In this document: positions 12,233-24,602 of the stretch, piece after piece | How the letters are laid out: the number at the start of each line of letters is the position of its first letter | Numbering within the stretch: the first letter of the stretch is position 1 | Source of the DNA: Octopus vulgaris | Taxonomy: Eukaryota | DNA length: 64,000 nt | Reading direction: 5' to 3' | Assembly: GCA_951406725.2 (NCBI GenBank) | Contig: OX597814.1 | Location: forward strand, 8,370,001 to 8,434,000 | Made by a program: the position numbers and the translations under genes | Notes under the pieces: generated by a model | The model's database searches: none | Told to the model about the DNA's origin: nothing | The model's input: only the letters and a program-made list of their open reading frames with translations

Positions 12233-13729
12233 CTTTCTGCACAATGGCTGCAGCAACTCCTCCTCTGTGTTCCAGTCTGCCATTTGCAGCATTAACAATA
12301 GCATCTGTGTCCAGAGTCGTGATGTCACCTTCCCTCAACACTATTTCACAGTTCTTATAATTAACGTTAACTATTTCTTTTGTTTCACTTCCTAAAGCTG
12401 GATATAATTTTTTACTCTCAGATTTCATCTGCTTTTCCCATGAGAAATTGTTTCCTTCTTCAGTTTTCTGGGCTTCTTTTGAACTGATATCTTTTCTTAA
12501 ATTTTCTATAAATATCTCCATTTTCATAAGTTGCTCTTGTGTTCCTTCCAGGTGTAACTTATTATCTTTGAGACACACATTCTTAATTTTATTTTTCTCA
12601 CCAAAGTCATTGATTTCCTGTTCTATGAACTCTTTAAGAAAGAGGAAATGTTCAAGAGGCATCGATATATAAGATTCGTAAATTAAAGATTGCTCAAATT
12701 TATCAATTTTGCTTTTTATATCATTAACTACAGCATCAATAGCAACAATAGAATTTTCTCCAATAAAACAGAAATCTGGAAACTCTTCTTTTAGACTTTC
12801 AACAAATGTCATCCACTTTCCATAATTTGGAGTATCCTTAATTTTGGCTACAAAATCCAGTGTATTGGCAACAAAAGTTTCTTTCATGATTTCTTCCAAA
12901 AGTGAAAGATGTGTTTTATCACTTGCATAAAGTATTACTGAATCACCATCACCCGTTTCCCATGAACCGATACATTTCTTGTTTCTCAGTTTTTCATCAA
13001 GATATTCTGTTTTATTATTTATGATTATTCCAGTATTTAAAGGCAAAGGCAATTCAGATTTTACAATTGACCGAAGAATTTCATACATATTATTTTGACA
13101 ATTAGCTACTTTGGAATACTGGCCTTCAAAAATAACTTTGTTACTTTCAGCTTTGACTTTTAGACCTTCAAATTGTCTTTCTGCCTGCTCAAAAAATCTG
13201 AGACCAGATAGAATACGTCTTTCATGAATACTTAAATCATCCTCACGTTCAGTTCTAAGATTATCCAAAAGTCTGTTTTTCATTTTAATCACGTTACTTT
13301 TATCGAATCCAAGAATATGAGCTTGGGAATTTTGGATATCAAAATAAAAATACATCTTATCCTCTTCACTTTTAAATGTTCCAGCAACGTCTTCAAACAT
13401 ATCATCTGGAACATCAATAGTTTCAACAGTAATGGAATTTAATAAATCTTTCAAACACTGTTCAATTTCCTCAAGATTTTCTTTGGAATATTTCAATTTC
13501 AGTTTATTATTCTTGGAATTTTTCCAAAGAACTTCAGCCCATTTCTTTAATTGGTCATTAACTATGTTTTTATGTTTCTTTAAGAAAGTCAGATGGAACT
13601 TGGAAGGTAGTAAATAGTCATGGACTTGCTGGCTTGAAATGGTATTTTCTTCAGATGGTTCCCAGAATGGTTGGACATCTAACTTCACACCTTCCAGTCG
13701 ATGTTGCATTCTACAAACATCCAGCACAA
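12233..13729 (-). CDS. PARP14-like gene, large coding exon 4 (1497 nt) ending in the N-terminal part of a macro domain
   Basis: Intact 499-codon frame with acceptor aattttAG and donor GTtagt. Ends [38 protein letters not shown], the macro-domain GDIT/NAAN/GGV motifs. No further exon was recognised in 1-12232, so the gene probably continues outside the window. Confidence 0.88.
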
Positions 13730-13939
13730 CTAAAATTATGAAAAAGTAAAAAGATAAAATCATTTCATTGGTGAGGGATTAGGGGTGAACTGGGGAGTTC
13801 AGTGGGTAAAGACAGAAAAGCATTTGAAGACAAAGTTATATGTTATTATTATAATAAATTAGCAAACAGAAAAATATAATCAACATTTAACTGATACTAA
13901 GTAAACACTATCTCCATTAATTATAATAAATACTAGAAA

Positions 13940-14720
13940 CATCACAGGAATGGTTTCAAATTTTGGCACAAGGCCAGCAATTTCAGGAGAGTGGCTAAGT
14001 CAATTACATCAACCCCAGTGCTTAACTGGTACTTATTTTTTTGACCATAAACATTACTGGAATGTTGGTTTCAAATTTTGGCACAAGGCCAGCAATTTCA
14101 GGAGGGTGACTAAGTCAATTACATCAACCCCAGTGCTTAACTGGTACTTATTTTATTGACCATAAAGATCAATGGAATTTTGGTTTCAAATTTTGGCACA
14201 AGGCCAGCAATTTCAGGAGGGTGACTAAGTCAATTACATCAACCCCAGTGCTTAACTGGTACTTATTTTATTGACCATAAACATCACTGGAATGTTGGTT
14301 TCAAATTTTGGCACAAGGCCAGCAATTTCAGGAGGGTGACTAAGTCAATTACATCAACCCCAGTGCTTAACTGGTACTTATTTTATTGACCATAAACATC
14401 ACTGGAATGTTGGTTTCAAATTTTGGCACAAGGCCAGCAATTTCAGGAGGGTGACTAAGTCAATTACATCAACCCCAGTGCTTAACTGGTACTTATTTTA
14501 TTGACCATAAACATCACTGGAATGTTGGTTTCAAATTTTGGCACTAGGCCAGCAATTTCAGGAGAGTGGCTAAGTCAATTACATTGACTCCATTGCTAAT
14601 GCAGTAGGATAAAAACATAGTCGTCCCTGGTTGAATTTGAAATTTGAGTGTAATGATGGCTGAAATGCCGCTCGCCATTTCGTCCAACATGCTAACAATT
14701 CTGCCAGCTCCTCACCATAA
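13940..14720 (-). repeat. SINE head followed by six tandem 115-bp copies of its 3' region
   Basis: tggtttcaaattttggcac recurs at 13951, 14066, 14181, 14296, 14411 and 14526. Each unit contains the SINE segment gtcaattacatcaaccccagtgcttaactggtacttatt. A decayed tRNA-like head lies at 14620-14715. Confidence 0.88.
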
Positions 14721-15284
14721 TCACTGAAATAATAAGAACCATCATCATCAGTTAACATCTGTTGTCCATGCTGGCGTGTGTTGGACAGTTTAACCGGGCC
14801 TGCTAGGCTGGAAAGCTACACCAGACTCCAGTCTGATTTGGAGTGGTTTTCTACAGATGGATGCTTTGCAATAGTCAACCTATGTCATGCTCAAGTTTGC
14901 AGTTCCCGATAATTAGATTATTAATTAAGAGCTCATCCTTCATTCCCTGGCACCTCTTACAGTACCCTTTTTGTTCAATGGGTAGCAGCCAACTTATTTC
15001 CAAATATCTCTACAGTTCACCTGCCAAATCAAAAGATGACATAAAAACAAACATCCACCTAAATGCAACACAACCAGAGCACATCAAAATACTACACATC
15101 TCACAAAGTCTACACATCACACTAAAAGGCATTTTCCCCAGTGTGTTTGGTAAATGCCAAAATACCTCATAAAGAAACTGTATTGGGATCTCCTTGACGA
15201 GAAACCAAAGGAGGAGAAAGCAAAAACTTTCGAGCAGGTAGTTACCCTCTGTTCCTTTCATTGGTGTCTTAATTCACTAGGATT

Positions 15285-18200
15285 ATGATCAAGATTGGTT
15301 GTGTAAATGCGCGTGGCTTGAGGTTCCCTTGGAAACAAGGGTACCTCTCAAATGACATAAAGTCACACAAGTTAGAAATCATAGCCATAAGTGAGACCAG
15401 ACTCCATAATCCACAGGCCCTAAAGTTCATGTTTCGCAGACAGTTTAACATTTATTTTTCTCCCTGTCTGCTGAGAATGGGCAGTAGTTGTACTGCGGTA
15501 CTTTTTTGCAAGAGTATGGATCTCGAAGTAAAAACAATATTCATAGACCTGGACGGTACACTAGTCATCCTAGATGTCAACAGCAGCAATGGGTGTGCTT
15601 TTCGAATTGTATCAGTCTACGCACTGCCTTTAACAGGTTGGCCAGATTTCTTTCGATGTCTAGAAGTATTCCTAGGAACATCTTGTCCTTTACATTTAGT
15701 GGGAGATTGGAATGCTACCTTGGACACACATGTAGACTACGTGGGCAGAGATAGGAATAGAAGGGTATGCAAATGCCTCAGGGACCTGCTCAGACGCTTT
15801 CAACTGTCTGACAGATACCAACTTGACCACCCAAATGCGCCAATGTGGACATGGAGCAACTGCATCAGGTCGTCGAGATCGTATCTAGATAGGATACTGT
15901 GGAGAACAGTAGATAGAGATAGCGTAGGATGTCCACAATTCCACATAGTCAGCTACACGGATCACAAACTTGCAACATGTATGCTAGACTTAGGTAAGTC
16001 ACATAGGCCGGGTCCCGGGTATTGGAAACTAAACGCGTTTTACCCATCGAGAGAGGTTTTCAGAGACCGGATTAGCACGCTAGTAAAGAAGGCATTGAAA
16101 GGAGCCACCATCAACAACAAATGGTGGTTTGCCCTCAAGAGAGCAATAAAAGTAGGAGAGATTAGGTATAGCAAAGCACTAGCCATAGATAGAAACAGAG
16201 TAGAGGGTGACCTAGTTAAGAAGTTAGAAAAGCCAATAAGAAGCGGCATTGTATCCGACGTTTTGGCAGCGAGGTTGGTCCTCGACCAACACTTCAATAC
16301 CAAACATGAAGGGTGTGTCGTCAGAACTAGGATGCATACTCTATGGAACGAAGGTGTTTGAGTCGCACAAGAGGCCGGGGTGGTGGAGGTGCAAAAGGGC
16401 AACAAACCCACCGTTCGGTCTCTGGTAGATGAACAGAGGCGCGAATTACTTGAGCCAAGTAAAATGTGTGAGGCTTTTCAACAGCATTTTGCCCAACTGT
16501 TCGGGATGAGTGGCAGGCAAGAATGCAAGGTGGACTTCAGTGCCTACCTACACAGCCTGCCATGGTGCCATCATGGCGATGGAAGTGCAGGATGTGATGG
16601 CAGAATGCTCGAGGAACAAATCGATGGGTTTGGATGGTCTGCTCTACGAGCTTTACAGTTGTATGCCAGACTTGTTTGGAGACGTCTTGGCAGCGGTGTA
16701 CTGCAACTGGCAGCAAAATGGGAGCATCCCCGGTTTTGTGAGCCGAGGATCTGTAACACTGCTTAAGAAAAATCCAAACAAGGGGGATGTAATAGATAAC
16801 TTTAGGCCCATCACCCTACTCAATGCAGACTTGAAAATTTTGGCCAAGGTGTTAGCCAAGAGGTTGGCGCTTGTCATCGAGAAACTGATCAACAAGGCAT
16901 AAATGTACGCCGTACCGGGCTGGAGCATCCATGACATCCTCCATCTGATGCACTACATCATAGACAGGGTAGTTAAGGAACCTGGCATGGGTGGGGCCCT
17001 GATCAATTTGGATTAATCAAAAGCTTTCGATAGGGTAGACTATCGATACTTGGAGAGCTGTCCTCAGAGCGGCTGGTTTTGGTCCCGTCTTCTGCAGCTG
17101 GATAGCTGCTTTGTACAGAGGCATCCATTCGGTAGTTCGCGTAAATGGACAGCTATTGAGACCTTTCGACATTACACGTTCGGTCTGTCAGGGATGCCCC
17201 CTCTTGTCGCTTCTCTACGCATTGACTCTTGAGCCATTATTGCGGAAGCTGGCAACTCTGAGGGGCATCCCGTGAGAATAGGGATGTGGGACAAGCGTGT
17301 CTGCATACGTGGATTACGTCACCATTATAGTGTCTAGCTAGAAGCACATCGAGCTGGTTGGAGAGGCACTAAAAGACTATGAAGTGGTAAAGGGAGCATA
17401 AATCAACCAGGAAAAGCCAGTGGGTTTGTAGCTCAGCACTTGGAGGAGCAAGCCCATGCCATCCAAAAGCGCCTCCATCGTGGGATGCTGGACTGATGGT
17501 CCGGTTGAGCCGCTTGGGGTCTGGTTTCGTCTGGACCTCCAAATGGAGAAGAACTGGGATGAGATAATGAGTAGGGTGGTCACTCTTGCCTGACAGTGGG
17601 CTGAAAGGAATCTGTCCCTAGGTTGAGCGGAGGTGGCAAACATGTACATTGCGTCCATCATCTACTACCGCCTGACTGTCATGCCTTGTCTCAACCCTAC
17701 CATCACCAAACTAGAACGCATTCTCTTCTGCTTCTTGTGGAAAGGATGCCTCCTGATATCAGGTGATTCATTTGCTGTCAACACCCATTAAAACAAGGAC
17801 TGGGCATGACACATGCTGAGAATGTGAACTGCAGTCGTGGATCAAAAAGAGGCCGAGGAAGGGCGAATAGCACCGCGAGTGTTGCATTGCTCTCAAGCAA
17901 CTCTGCCATCCTGGGTTGACCTTCAGCGACTTCAACACAACCAAAGCATTCTATAGGGGATTAGTGGAGGAGGTATAATGATGATCTTGGAGCGAACCTG
18001 GGCATTGACAAGGAATACCTGACCCGCCTGTTCAAGATGACTTTCGGGCCGGGACCTATGGACAACTTCCAGGGATCCCTGACCTGGCAGTGTTATCAAG
18101 AAGCGCTACCTGTTCAGGATAAGCTCTACAGGATTGGCTCGAGAAACACGGGGCCGACCTGTCCAAGATGTGGTCAGAGTGACGAAACCGTCCTGCACGC

Positions 18201-18820
18201 ACTCGTAGTGTCCAACCATTTCCGACCTGTGTTCTTATGTCGAACGACTGCTATCGTGTGTGGGACAAGTCAGTTAATCAACCAAGTCTATCATGAATAT
18301 TGTCATGCCTCCTTTGTTGCAATGGGAAGGAAGAGCCATTTTCATCGTACTTGTGGCTATGGAAAAAGAATGTATATGGTGGATGCATCTGAAAGGTCTT
18401 TCCTCTCTGGTCAATCTCTCATCAACTTCTTCAAATATCACTTGAAGTGGAAAGTGAGAGCAGAGAGTGAAGTGTGGTCGAGTGAATGTTTAAAAAAAGA
18501 AATGGGTGAATGTACCAAGGATGGCATGTGTGAATGACAGAGCCAGCTTGAGCATAATCCTATGAACCAAAAAGAAAAAAGAAATACGAAAGGAAAAAAA
18601 GAGAGTCAGTTACTGTAATGTGTTTTCTTTTTGCATGACACTATTGACCAAGGTTCCCGTGGTCTTTTCCGTAGGCTTTTCTATCCACAGACAAACCTAA
18701 TCTGTTTTCCCCTTTTACATTGACATTTCTGTGATACACGATTCCTATTGATCAGCCCAACTATCTTCTTTTTTAATTAATCCCGTTTGATCAAAATTCG
18801 ACCCCCTTTTCTTTTTCTCA
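15285..18820 (+). mobile_element. Tx1/L1-clade LINE ORF2 pseudogene (APE endonuclease, RT, C-terminal Zn motif, 3' UTR)
   Basis: IGCVNARGL, ISETR, VGDWNA, SYLDR, YTDH and YWKLN (endonuclease). KSMGLDGLLYELY and NFRPITLLNADLKILAK (RT). CPRCGQSDETVLHAL (zinc motif). Frameshifts and stops. Confidence 0.88.
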
Positions 18821-18824
18821 CGAT

Positions 18825-18855
<31 letters not shown>

Positions 18856-18961
18856 GTGACGCATATTTGCCATTTGAATATGGCTAACCCCTAAGGGTGG
18901 ATGCTACTGTAGTTTGTAACCCTTAGGGGTTAGCCATATTCAAATGGCAAATATGCGTCAC
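18856..18961. repeat. Perfect 43-bp inverted repeat with 20-nt loop
   Basis: gtgacgcatatttgccatttgaatatggctaacccctaagggt (18856-18898) and its exact reverse complement (18919-18961). Confidence 0.92.
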
Positions 18962-19006
18962 GATGTGTTACCGCTACTGTTTATAACTCGCTCTGAGATT
19001 TATCAT

Positions 19007-19040
<34 letters not shown>

Positions 19041-19057
19041 TATATATACATATATAT

Positions 19058-20712
19058 ATGTAAACTGTTGTATTGATTTCAGTTCGGTACCACAGATAGT
19101 GATGTGGGGTGGGTGGTATTCCTCTTGGGGTGTAGGTTGGTGAAGTACCTCCGTCTTCTTGAGGCTGACCTCCAGGCCAAAGATCCGCAAGGCATCTGCA
19201 AAGCAGGACATGATGCGCTGCAGAACTCGTTCTGTGTGGGCGACAAGGACAGCGTCATCTGCGAAGAGAAGGTCTCAGATCAACCTCCCCTGGGTCTTGG
19301 TGTGGGCTTGGAGCGCCGTAGAATGAAGAGACTGCCATCCAGAGATACCCAACATACACCCCATCCTCATCCTCCATATCTTCAGTTGCATGCTTGATCA
19401 TCATGCTGAAGAAGATGCTGAAGAGAGTCGGTGCCAGGACACAACCCTGCTTCACGCAGTTGGAAATGGGGGAGGGCTCCGACAGGTCAGGATTGAGTCT
19501 GATCTGACCACACTGATTCTTGTGCAGCTGGATCACCATCTGTAGAAACTTGGTGGGACAGCCAAGTCGTTCCAGGATGAGCCATAGTCTTGTCCTGCTC
19601 ACTGTGTCAAATGCTGTTGTAAGGTTGACGAAAGTAGCATAGAGTCCCCTGTTTTGTTCTCAGCACTTCTCCTTGAGTTGGCAGAGGACGAACACCATAT
19701 CCGTTGTGCCTCTTTTGGCTCTGAAGCCACACTGGCTCTCAGGGAAATTTTCTTCAGCGATGGTTGGTACTAGCCTATTGAGCAGGATCCTGGCAAGTAC
19801 TTTGCCGGCAATGGAGTGTAGGGTGATTCCCCGGTAGTTGGAGCAGTCAGACTTTTCACCCTTGTTCTTGTACAGAGTTATGATTACTATCTGCGGTACC
19901 AAACTGAAATCAATACAGCAGTTTATATACCTGGGCTGCATCATCTCACCCAATGTAAGGATCGACAAGGAAATTGACAATAGACTTTCTAAGACAAATA
20001 GCTCCTTTGGCAGATTGTACAAACATGTTTGGCACAATGGTGGCCTGAAGAACAAAACAAAGATCAGTGTCTACAGGGCCATGGTTCTCACTACTCTTCT
20101 CTATGGCTCAGAGACCTGGATCACTTACCGTAGTCACATCCGTCTCCTCGAGCGCTTCCACCAGTGATGTCTCCGCACCATCCTCAACATTCACTGGAGT
20201 GACTTAGTCACAAACATGGAAGACTTGGAGCAGGCCAAGATCCCCAGCATTGAAGCTATGCTATTGAAGTCCCACCTCCGATGGGCAGGGCATGTCTCCA
20301 GAATGGGGAACCATCGTCTTCCAAAGATTGCCCTGTTTGGCGAACTATCCACCAGCCACCGAGTGAGAGGAGCTCCAAGGAAGCACTACAAAGACTGCCT
20401 CAAGAAGTCTCTAACAGCATGTCATATTAACCACCAATGCTGGTCAGACCTGGCTGCGGACCGTGATGTCTAGCGCCACACAATCTTCAACGCAGTCAGC
20501 AAGTTTGAGGAACAAAGAAGAGACGCGCTTAAAGACAAGAGATGCAGGAGGAAAGCGCGAACTGCTTCTGACACCACACCGGATGTTACCTTCGACTGTG
20601 GACACTGCTGACGGACCTGCCTTTCCCATATCAGACTTGTCAGTCATGAGCGTGCATGCACGCGACGTGGACAGCCTTCCTGATCTTCGTTCGTGAAGCC
20701 GAGCCATGATGA
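19058..20712. mobile_element. RTE-clade LINE with inverted 5' part
   Basis: 19058-19880 encodes RT motifs on the minus strand (LYKNKGEKSDCSNYRGI, PESQCGFR, VKQGCVLAPTLF). 19880-20712 continues on the + strand (FIYLG, LLYGSETW, LRWAGHVSRM) to the 3' end cttcgttcgtgaagccgagccatgatga. Confidence 0.88.
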
Positions 20713-20759
20713 AATATATATATATATATATATATATGTCTGGCCCCGTGTCGGTGGCA

Positions 20760-21059
20760 CGTAAAAGCACCATCCGTTCGTGTCCATTGCCAGCATCGCC
20801 TGGCCCCTTGCCGGTGACACGTAAAAGCACCATCCGTTCATGGCCGTTCGCCAGCTCTGTCTGGCACCTGTGCAGGTGGCATGTAAAAAACACCCACTAC
20901 ACTCGCGGAGTGGTTGGCGTTAGGAAGGGCATCCAGCCGTAGAAACACTGCCAGATCTGACTGGGCCTGACGAAGCCTTCCAGCTTCACAGACCCCAGTT
21001 GACCCGTCCAACCCATGCTAGCATGGAAAGCGGACGCTAAACGATGATGATGATGATGA

Positions 21060-21063
<4 letters not shown>
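20760..21063 (+). mobile_element. RTE-derived 3'-end repeat or SINE tail ending in (GAT)n
   Basis: gagtggttggcgttaggaagggcatccagcc...gcatggaaagcggacgctaaacgatgatgat. The same family occurs at 22567-23000, 30910-31240, 34680-35250 and 35866-36240. Confidence 0.75.
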
Positions 21064-21123
<60 letters not shown>

Positions 21124-21319
21124 ATATATACATATATATGTATATATAAATATATATACATACATACATACATATATACATACATATATACATACATATA
21201 TACATATATACATACATATATACATGCATATATACATGCATATATACATACATACATACATATATGCATATATACATGCATATATACATACATACATATA
21301 TACATACATACATATATAC

Positions 21320-21370
<51 letters not shown>

Positions 21371-21581
21371 ATTAATAAATAAATAAAACATATGCATATA
21401 TACATACATATATGTACGTACCTACCTCTACATGTATATATACATGCATATATGGGTACAGGACACCAAAAAAACGTCGAACACAATGAGAAACGAAAGC
21501 ATAAACACAAAACCAAGGAAATGGACATTTTTTTAAAACAATGTAAAAATAGAGTACAGGACATACAAAAAAAGGAAAATT

Positions 21582-21643
21582 CCCCTTCTTCAGTCGCCTT
21601 AATTTCATCTACTCCACGTTTCGAAGGTCAAGGCGATACATGA
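21582..21643 (-). ncRNA. Candidate non-circularly permuted (pseudoknotted) hammerhead ribozyme
   Basis: UCAUGUA^UCGCCUUGA CCUUC GAA ACGUGG AGUAGAUGAAA UUAAGGCGA CUGAAGA AGGGG. All core nucleotides are present. Stem I 9 bp, stem III 6 bp, stem II 4 bp with an A.C junction. Confidence 0.72.
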
Positions 21644-22119
21644 CTTCAATGAAAATTTCCTTCCCACGAAAATCAAATTAAATAAAATTTGAGATTTTTT
21701 GTGGAGGGGTAAAAATAGTAACAAAAACAAGACAGTAACGACAGTAGAAAAATATAAACAGTAAAAGACAGGACACGGAGAATAACAGTAACACAAACAA
21801 GAAGGGCTGTTAAGCCAAACGAGATGAACAATTTTTACAAACGCTATTGTTTGAGAACAGCAGAGCAACAGATTTTACCGTCTCTACTTGAAGGAGGCCA
21901 GGAGAGGAAAGACAGAAATAGCTATCTCATCACGTGACCGTGACGGGATGGAGGAGGAGGAGTAAGAGAAAGGGAGAGAAAAAAGGGAATGGTTGTAGAG
22001 AAAAGAATGAAGAATGAGAGAGAGAGGGAGAGACAGTAAGGTAGAAGAAAAGGAAAGCCAAAAGAATGAAGGCTGAGAAAGGGAGGGGAGAGAAAGGTTA
22101 AGAGTGCGCATCATTATTA

Positions 22120-22224
22120 ATATTAAGAACAATCTTACTTAGAAATGGATGCGTGCATTCCATCATATAATAAATTAATGACGGAACGCACGCATCCATT
22201 TCTAAGTAAGATTGTTCTTAATAT
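22120..22224. repeat. 47-bp inverted repeat (two mismatches) with 11-nt loop
   Basis: atattaagaacaatcttacttagaaatggatgcgtgcattccatcat versus atgacggaacgcacgcatccatttctaagtaagattgttcttaatat. Confidence 0.9.
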
Positions 22225-22240
22225 ATATATATATGCATGT

Positions 22241-22280
<40 letters not shown>

Positions 22281-22564
22281 TCATCATCATCATCATTTAA
22301 CGTCCGTTCTCCATGCTAGCATGGATATATATATATATATACACATATATATACATACATATATATATATAACCCATGCTAGCATGGAAAACGGACGCTA
22401 AACGACGATGATGATGATATATATATATATATATACACACACATATATGTATGTATATATAAGTGTGTATATATATATGTATATATATATACACATATAT
22501 ATACATACATATATATGTATATATATATATATATACATACAAACATATATATGTATGTATATAT

Positions 22565-22566
<2 letters not shown>

Positions 22567-22600
<34 letters not shown>

Positions 22601-22998
22601 GTTTAACGCCTGCTTTCCATGCTAGCATGGGTTGGACGGTTCAACTGGAGTCTGGCAAGCCCGAAGGCTGCACCAGGCCAGTCAGATCTGGCAGTGTTTC
22701 TACAGCTGGATGCCCTTCCTAACGCCAACCACTCCGAGAGTGTAGTGGGTGATTTTATGTGCTACCGACACAGATGCCAGACGAGGCTGACAGACGGCCA
22801 CGCTCGGATGGTGTTTTTTATGTGCCACCGACACAGGTGCCAGATGAGGCTGGCAGACGGCCACGCTCGGATGGTGTTTTTTATGTGCCACCGACACAGG
22901 TGCCAGACGAGGCTGGCAGACGGCCACGCTCGGATGGTGTTTTCTTATGTGTTACCGGCACAGGTGCCAGACGAGGCTGGCGAACGGCCACGCTCGGA

Positions 22999-23000
<2 letters not shown>
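22567..23000 (-). mobile_element. RTE-tail repeat with four internal ~60-bp tandem units
   Basis: (CAT)n tail, then the unit tgtgccaccgacacaggtgccagacgaggctggcagacggccacgctcggatggtgttttt repeated from 22757 to 23000. Confidence 0.8.
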
Positions 23001-23047
<47 letters not shown>

Positions 23048-23048
23048 C

Positions 23049-23101
<53 letters not shown>

Positions 23102-23178
23102 TAATCCAAACAAGAAAGCACAAAAAAACACAACAACAAATATAGTATTATTAGACGCTCAGGAAAGAAGGATATATA

Positions 23179-24447
23179 CGAGGGGCGTTCAATAAGTAAT
23201 GCCTCTGACCCACTTGCAGTTGTTTGATCTAGCTGAAATTTTGCATGTACACTTATTTATACATCTATAGATTAAGTGGCGAATTACAGCTCTGAACGAA
23301 TTGTGGTTTCTGATTTACAGGTGTTTGAACTGAGTCAAGTGTGAAATGGAGCCTGTTGAGTGTCGAGCAGTGATCTGGTTTTGGTATTTGAAAGGACGCA
23401 CACCATGGGAGACTTTTGATGAAATGAAAGTAACTTATGGTGATGATGCTCCATCATATGACCTTGTAAAACGCTGGCATTGTGAATTCAAACATAGTCG
23501 GAACTCTGTGGAAACAGCTCCCAGATCTGGTCGCCCCCTTCTGCCGTTGATGAGACGTCTGTCCATCAAGTTGAGGCTGCCATTTTGGAAGGTCAACGCA
23601 TAACTATTCGCCAAATAGCCCATAAGGTCAAGATTAATACCGGGTCTGTGGCAACTATCATTCATGACCATTTGCATATGCAAAACGTGTCTGCCACATG
23701 GATTTCCAGGTTGCTCACACCTTTCCAGAAGCAAGAACGCGTTGAGTGCTCGAGGATGAATTTGGAGATGTGCCAAGAAGATGAGTCAAAATTTTTCAAA
23801 AGACTGATCACACAGGATAAAACCTGGGTCCATCACTATGATCCATAGACCAAAGCCCAGTCAATGCAGTGAAAGCACCGTGACTCACCTCCTCCAAAGA
23901 AGGCAAGGGTGCAGCCCTCTGCTGACAGGGTTATGCTCACAGTCTTCTGGGACCAGGACGGAGTAGTGATGACAGATTTCCTGGCAAAGGGTACCACAAT
24001 TACAGGAGCCTATTATGCTTCACTTTTGAGGAAATTAAGAGAAGCTATCGAAATCAAGAGGCGGGGCAAGATCAGCAAAGGCGTCCTCCCCCTGCAGGAC
24101 AACGCTCCGGTCCACAACTCGCGTGTCGCCAGATCAGAAGCACAGGCGTGCAGCTATGAACTCCTCCCCTTGCACCCTCTGATTTTCACCTCTTCCCAGC
24201 CATGAAGTTGATTTTGAAAGGAAAGCGTTTCCCAGATGATGCAGCCTTGATTTCTGAAGTCACGTCGTGGTTGGAGGACCAAGCTGGGGTCTTCTACAAA
24301 AACGGTCTCCAGAGCTGTATCAAACGATGGGAGAAATGCATAACTCTGGATAGTTCCTATGTAGGAAAAGACTAATAACTGTGCCAAGTGTCGTTGCTCT
24401 ACTGCTAAGGGAAGTGGGTCAGGGGCATTACTTATTGAACGCCCCTC

Positions 24448-24448
<1 letters not shown>
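23179..24448 (+). mobile_element. Mariner transposon, full length, frameshifted
   Basis: TIRs cgaggggcgttcaataagtaatgcc(t/c)ctgacccactt with TA flanks. Transposase from ATG 23346 with ITQDKTWVHHYDP, VMLTVFWD and LQDNAPVH. Confidence 0.93.
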
Positions 24449-24499
<51 letters not shown>

Positions 24500-24602
24500 T
24501 ATATCAAATTAGAGACAAAACCACTATTATGCAAATCAAACAAAGAAAGACTTAAGCCAATACATAAAATAATTTATATAAATTAAAATTTAACATATGA
24601 AT

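Larger units (their letters stand above)
21450..22224 (-). mobile_element. Non-coding retroelement terminal repeat (copy 2; PLE pLTR/retrozyme-like) ending in a foldback
   Basis: Homologous to 7300-7720. Contains the hammerhead core at 21582-21643 and a 47-bp hairpin at 22120-22224. Confidence 0.6.

Noticed and set aside
13730-13763. ORF-track start MILSFYFFIIL as the true N-terminus
   Set aside because: It is intronic polypyrimidine tract upstream of the AG acceptor; the exon splices in frame to upstream exons.
13940-14600. Regular array resembling CRISPR
   Set aside because: Whole 115-bp units repeat with no unique spacers, the context is eukaryotic, and the units are SINE-derived.
20897-21643. 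Many YIYI/MYVC/HTHT-rich ORFs here and at 22297-23195, 31197-31645 and 37665-38757
   Set aside because: These are translations of TA/TATG/CA microsatellites, not genes.
21582-21643. HDV-like or ordinary type II hammerhead interpretation
   Set aside because: No HDV P3/L3/P1.1 elements. In a type II reading, the bases after the internal GUA do not pair with those before CUGA, whereas the upstream GUA gives full stems.
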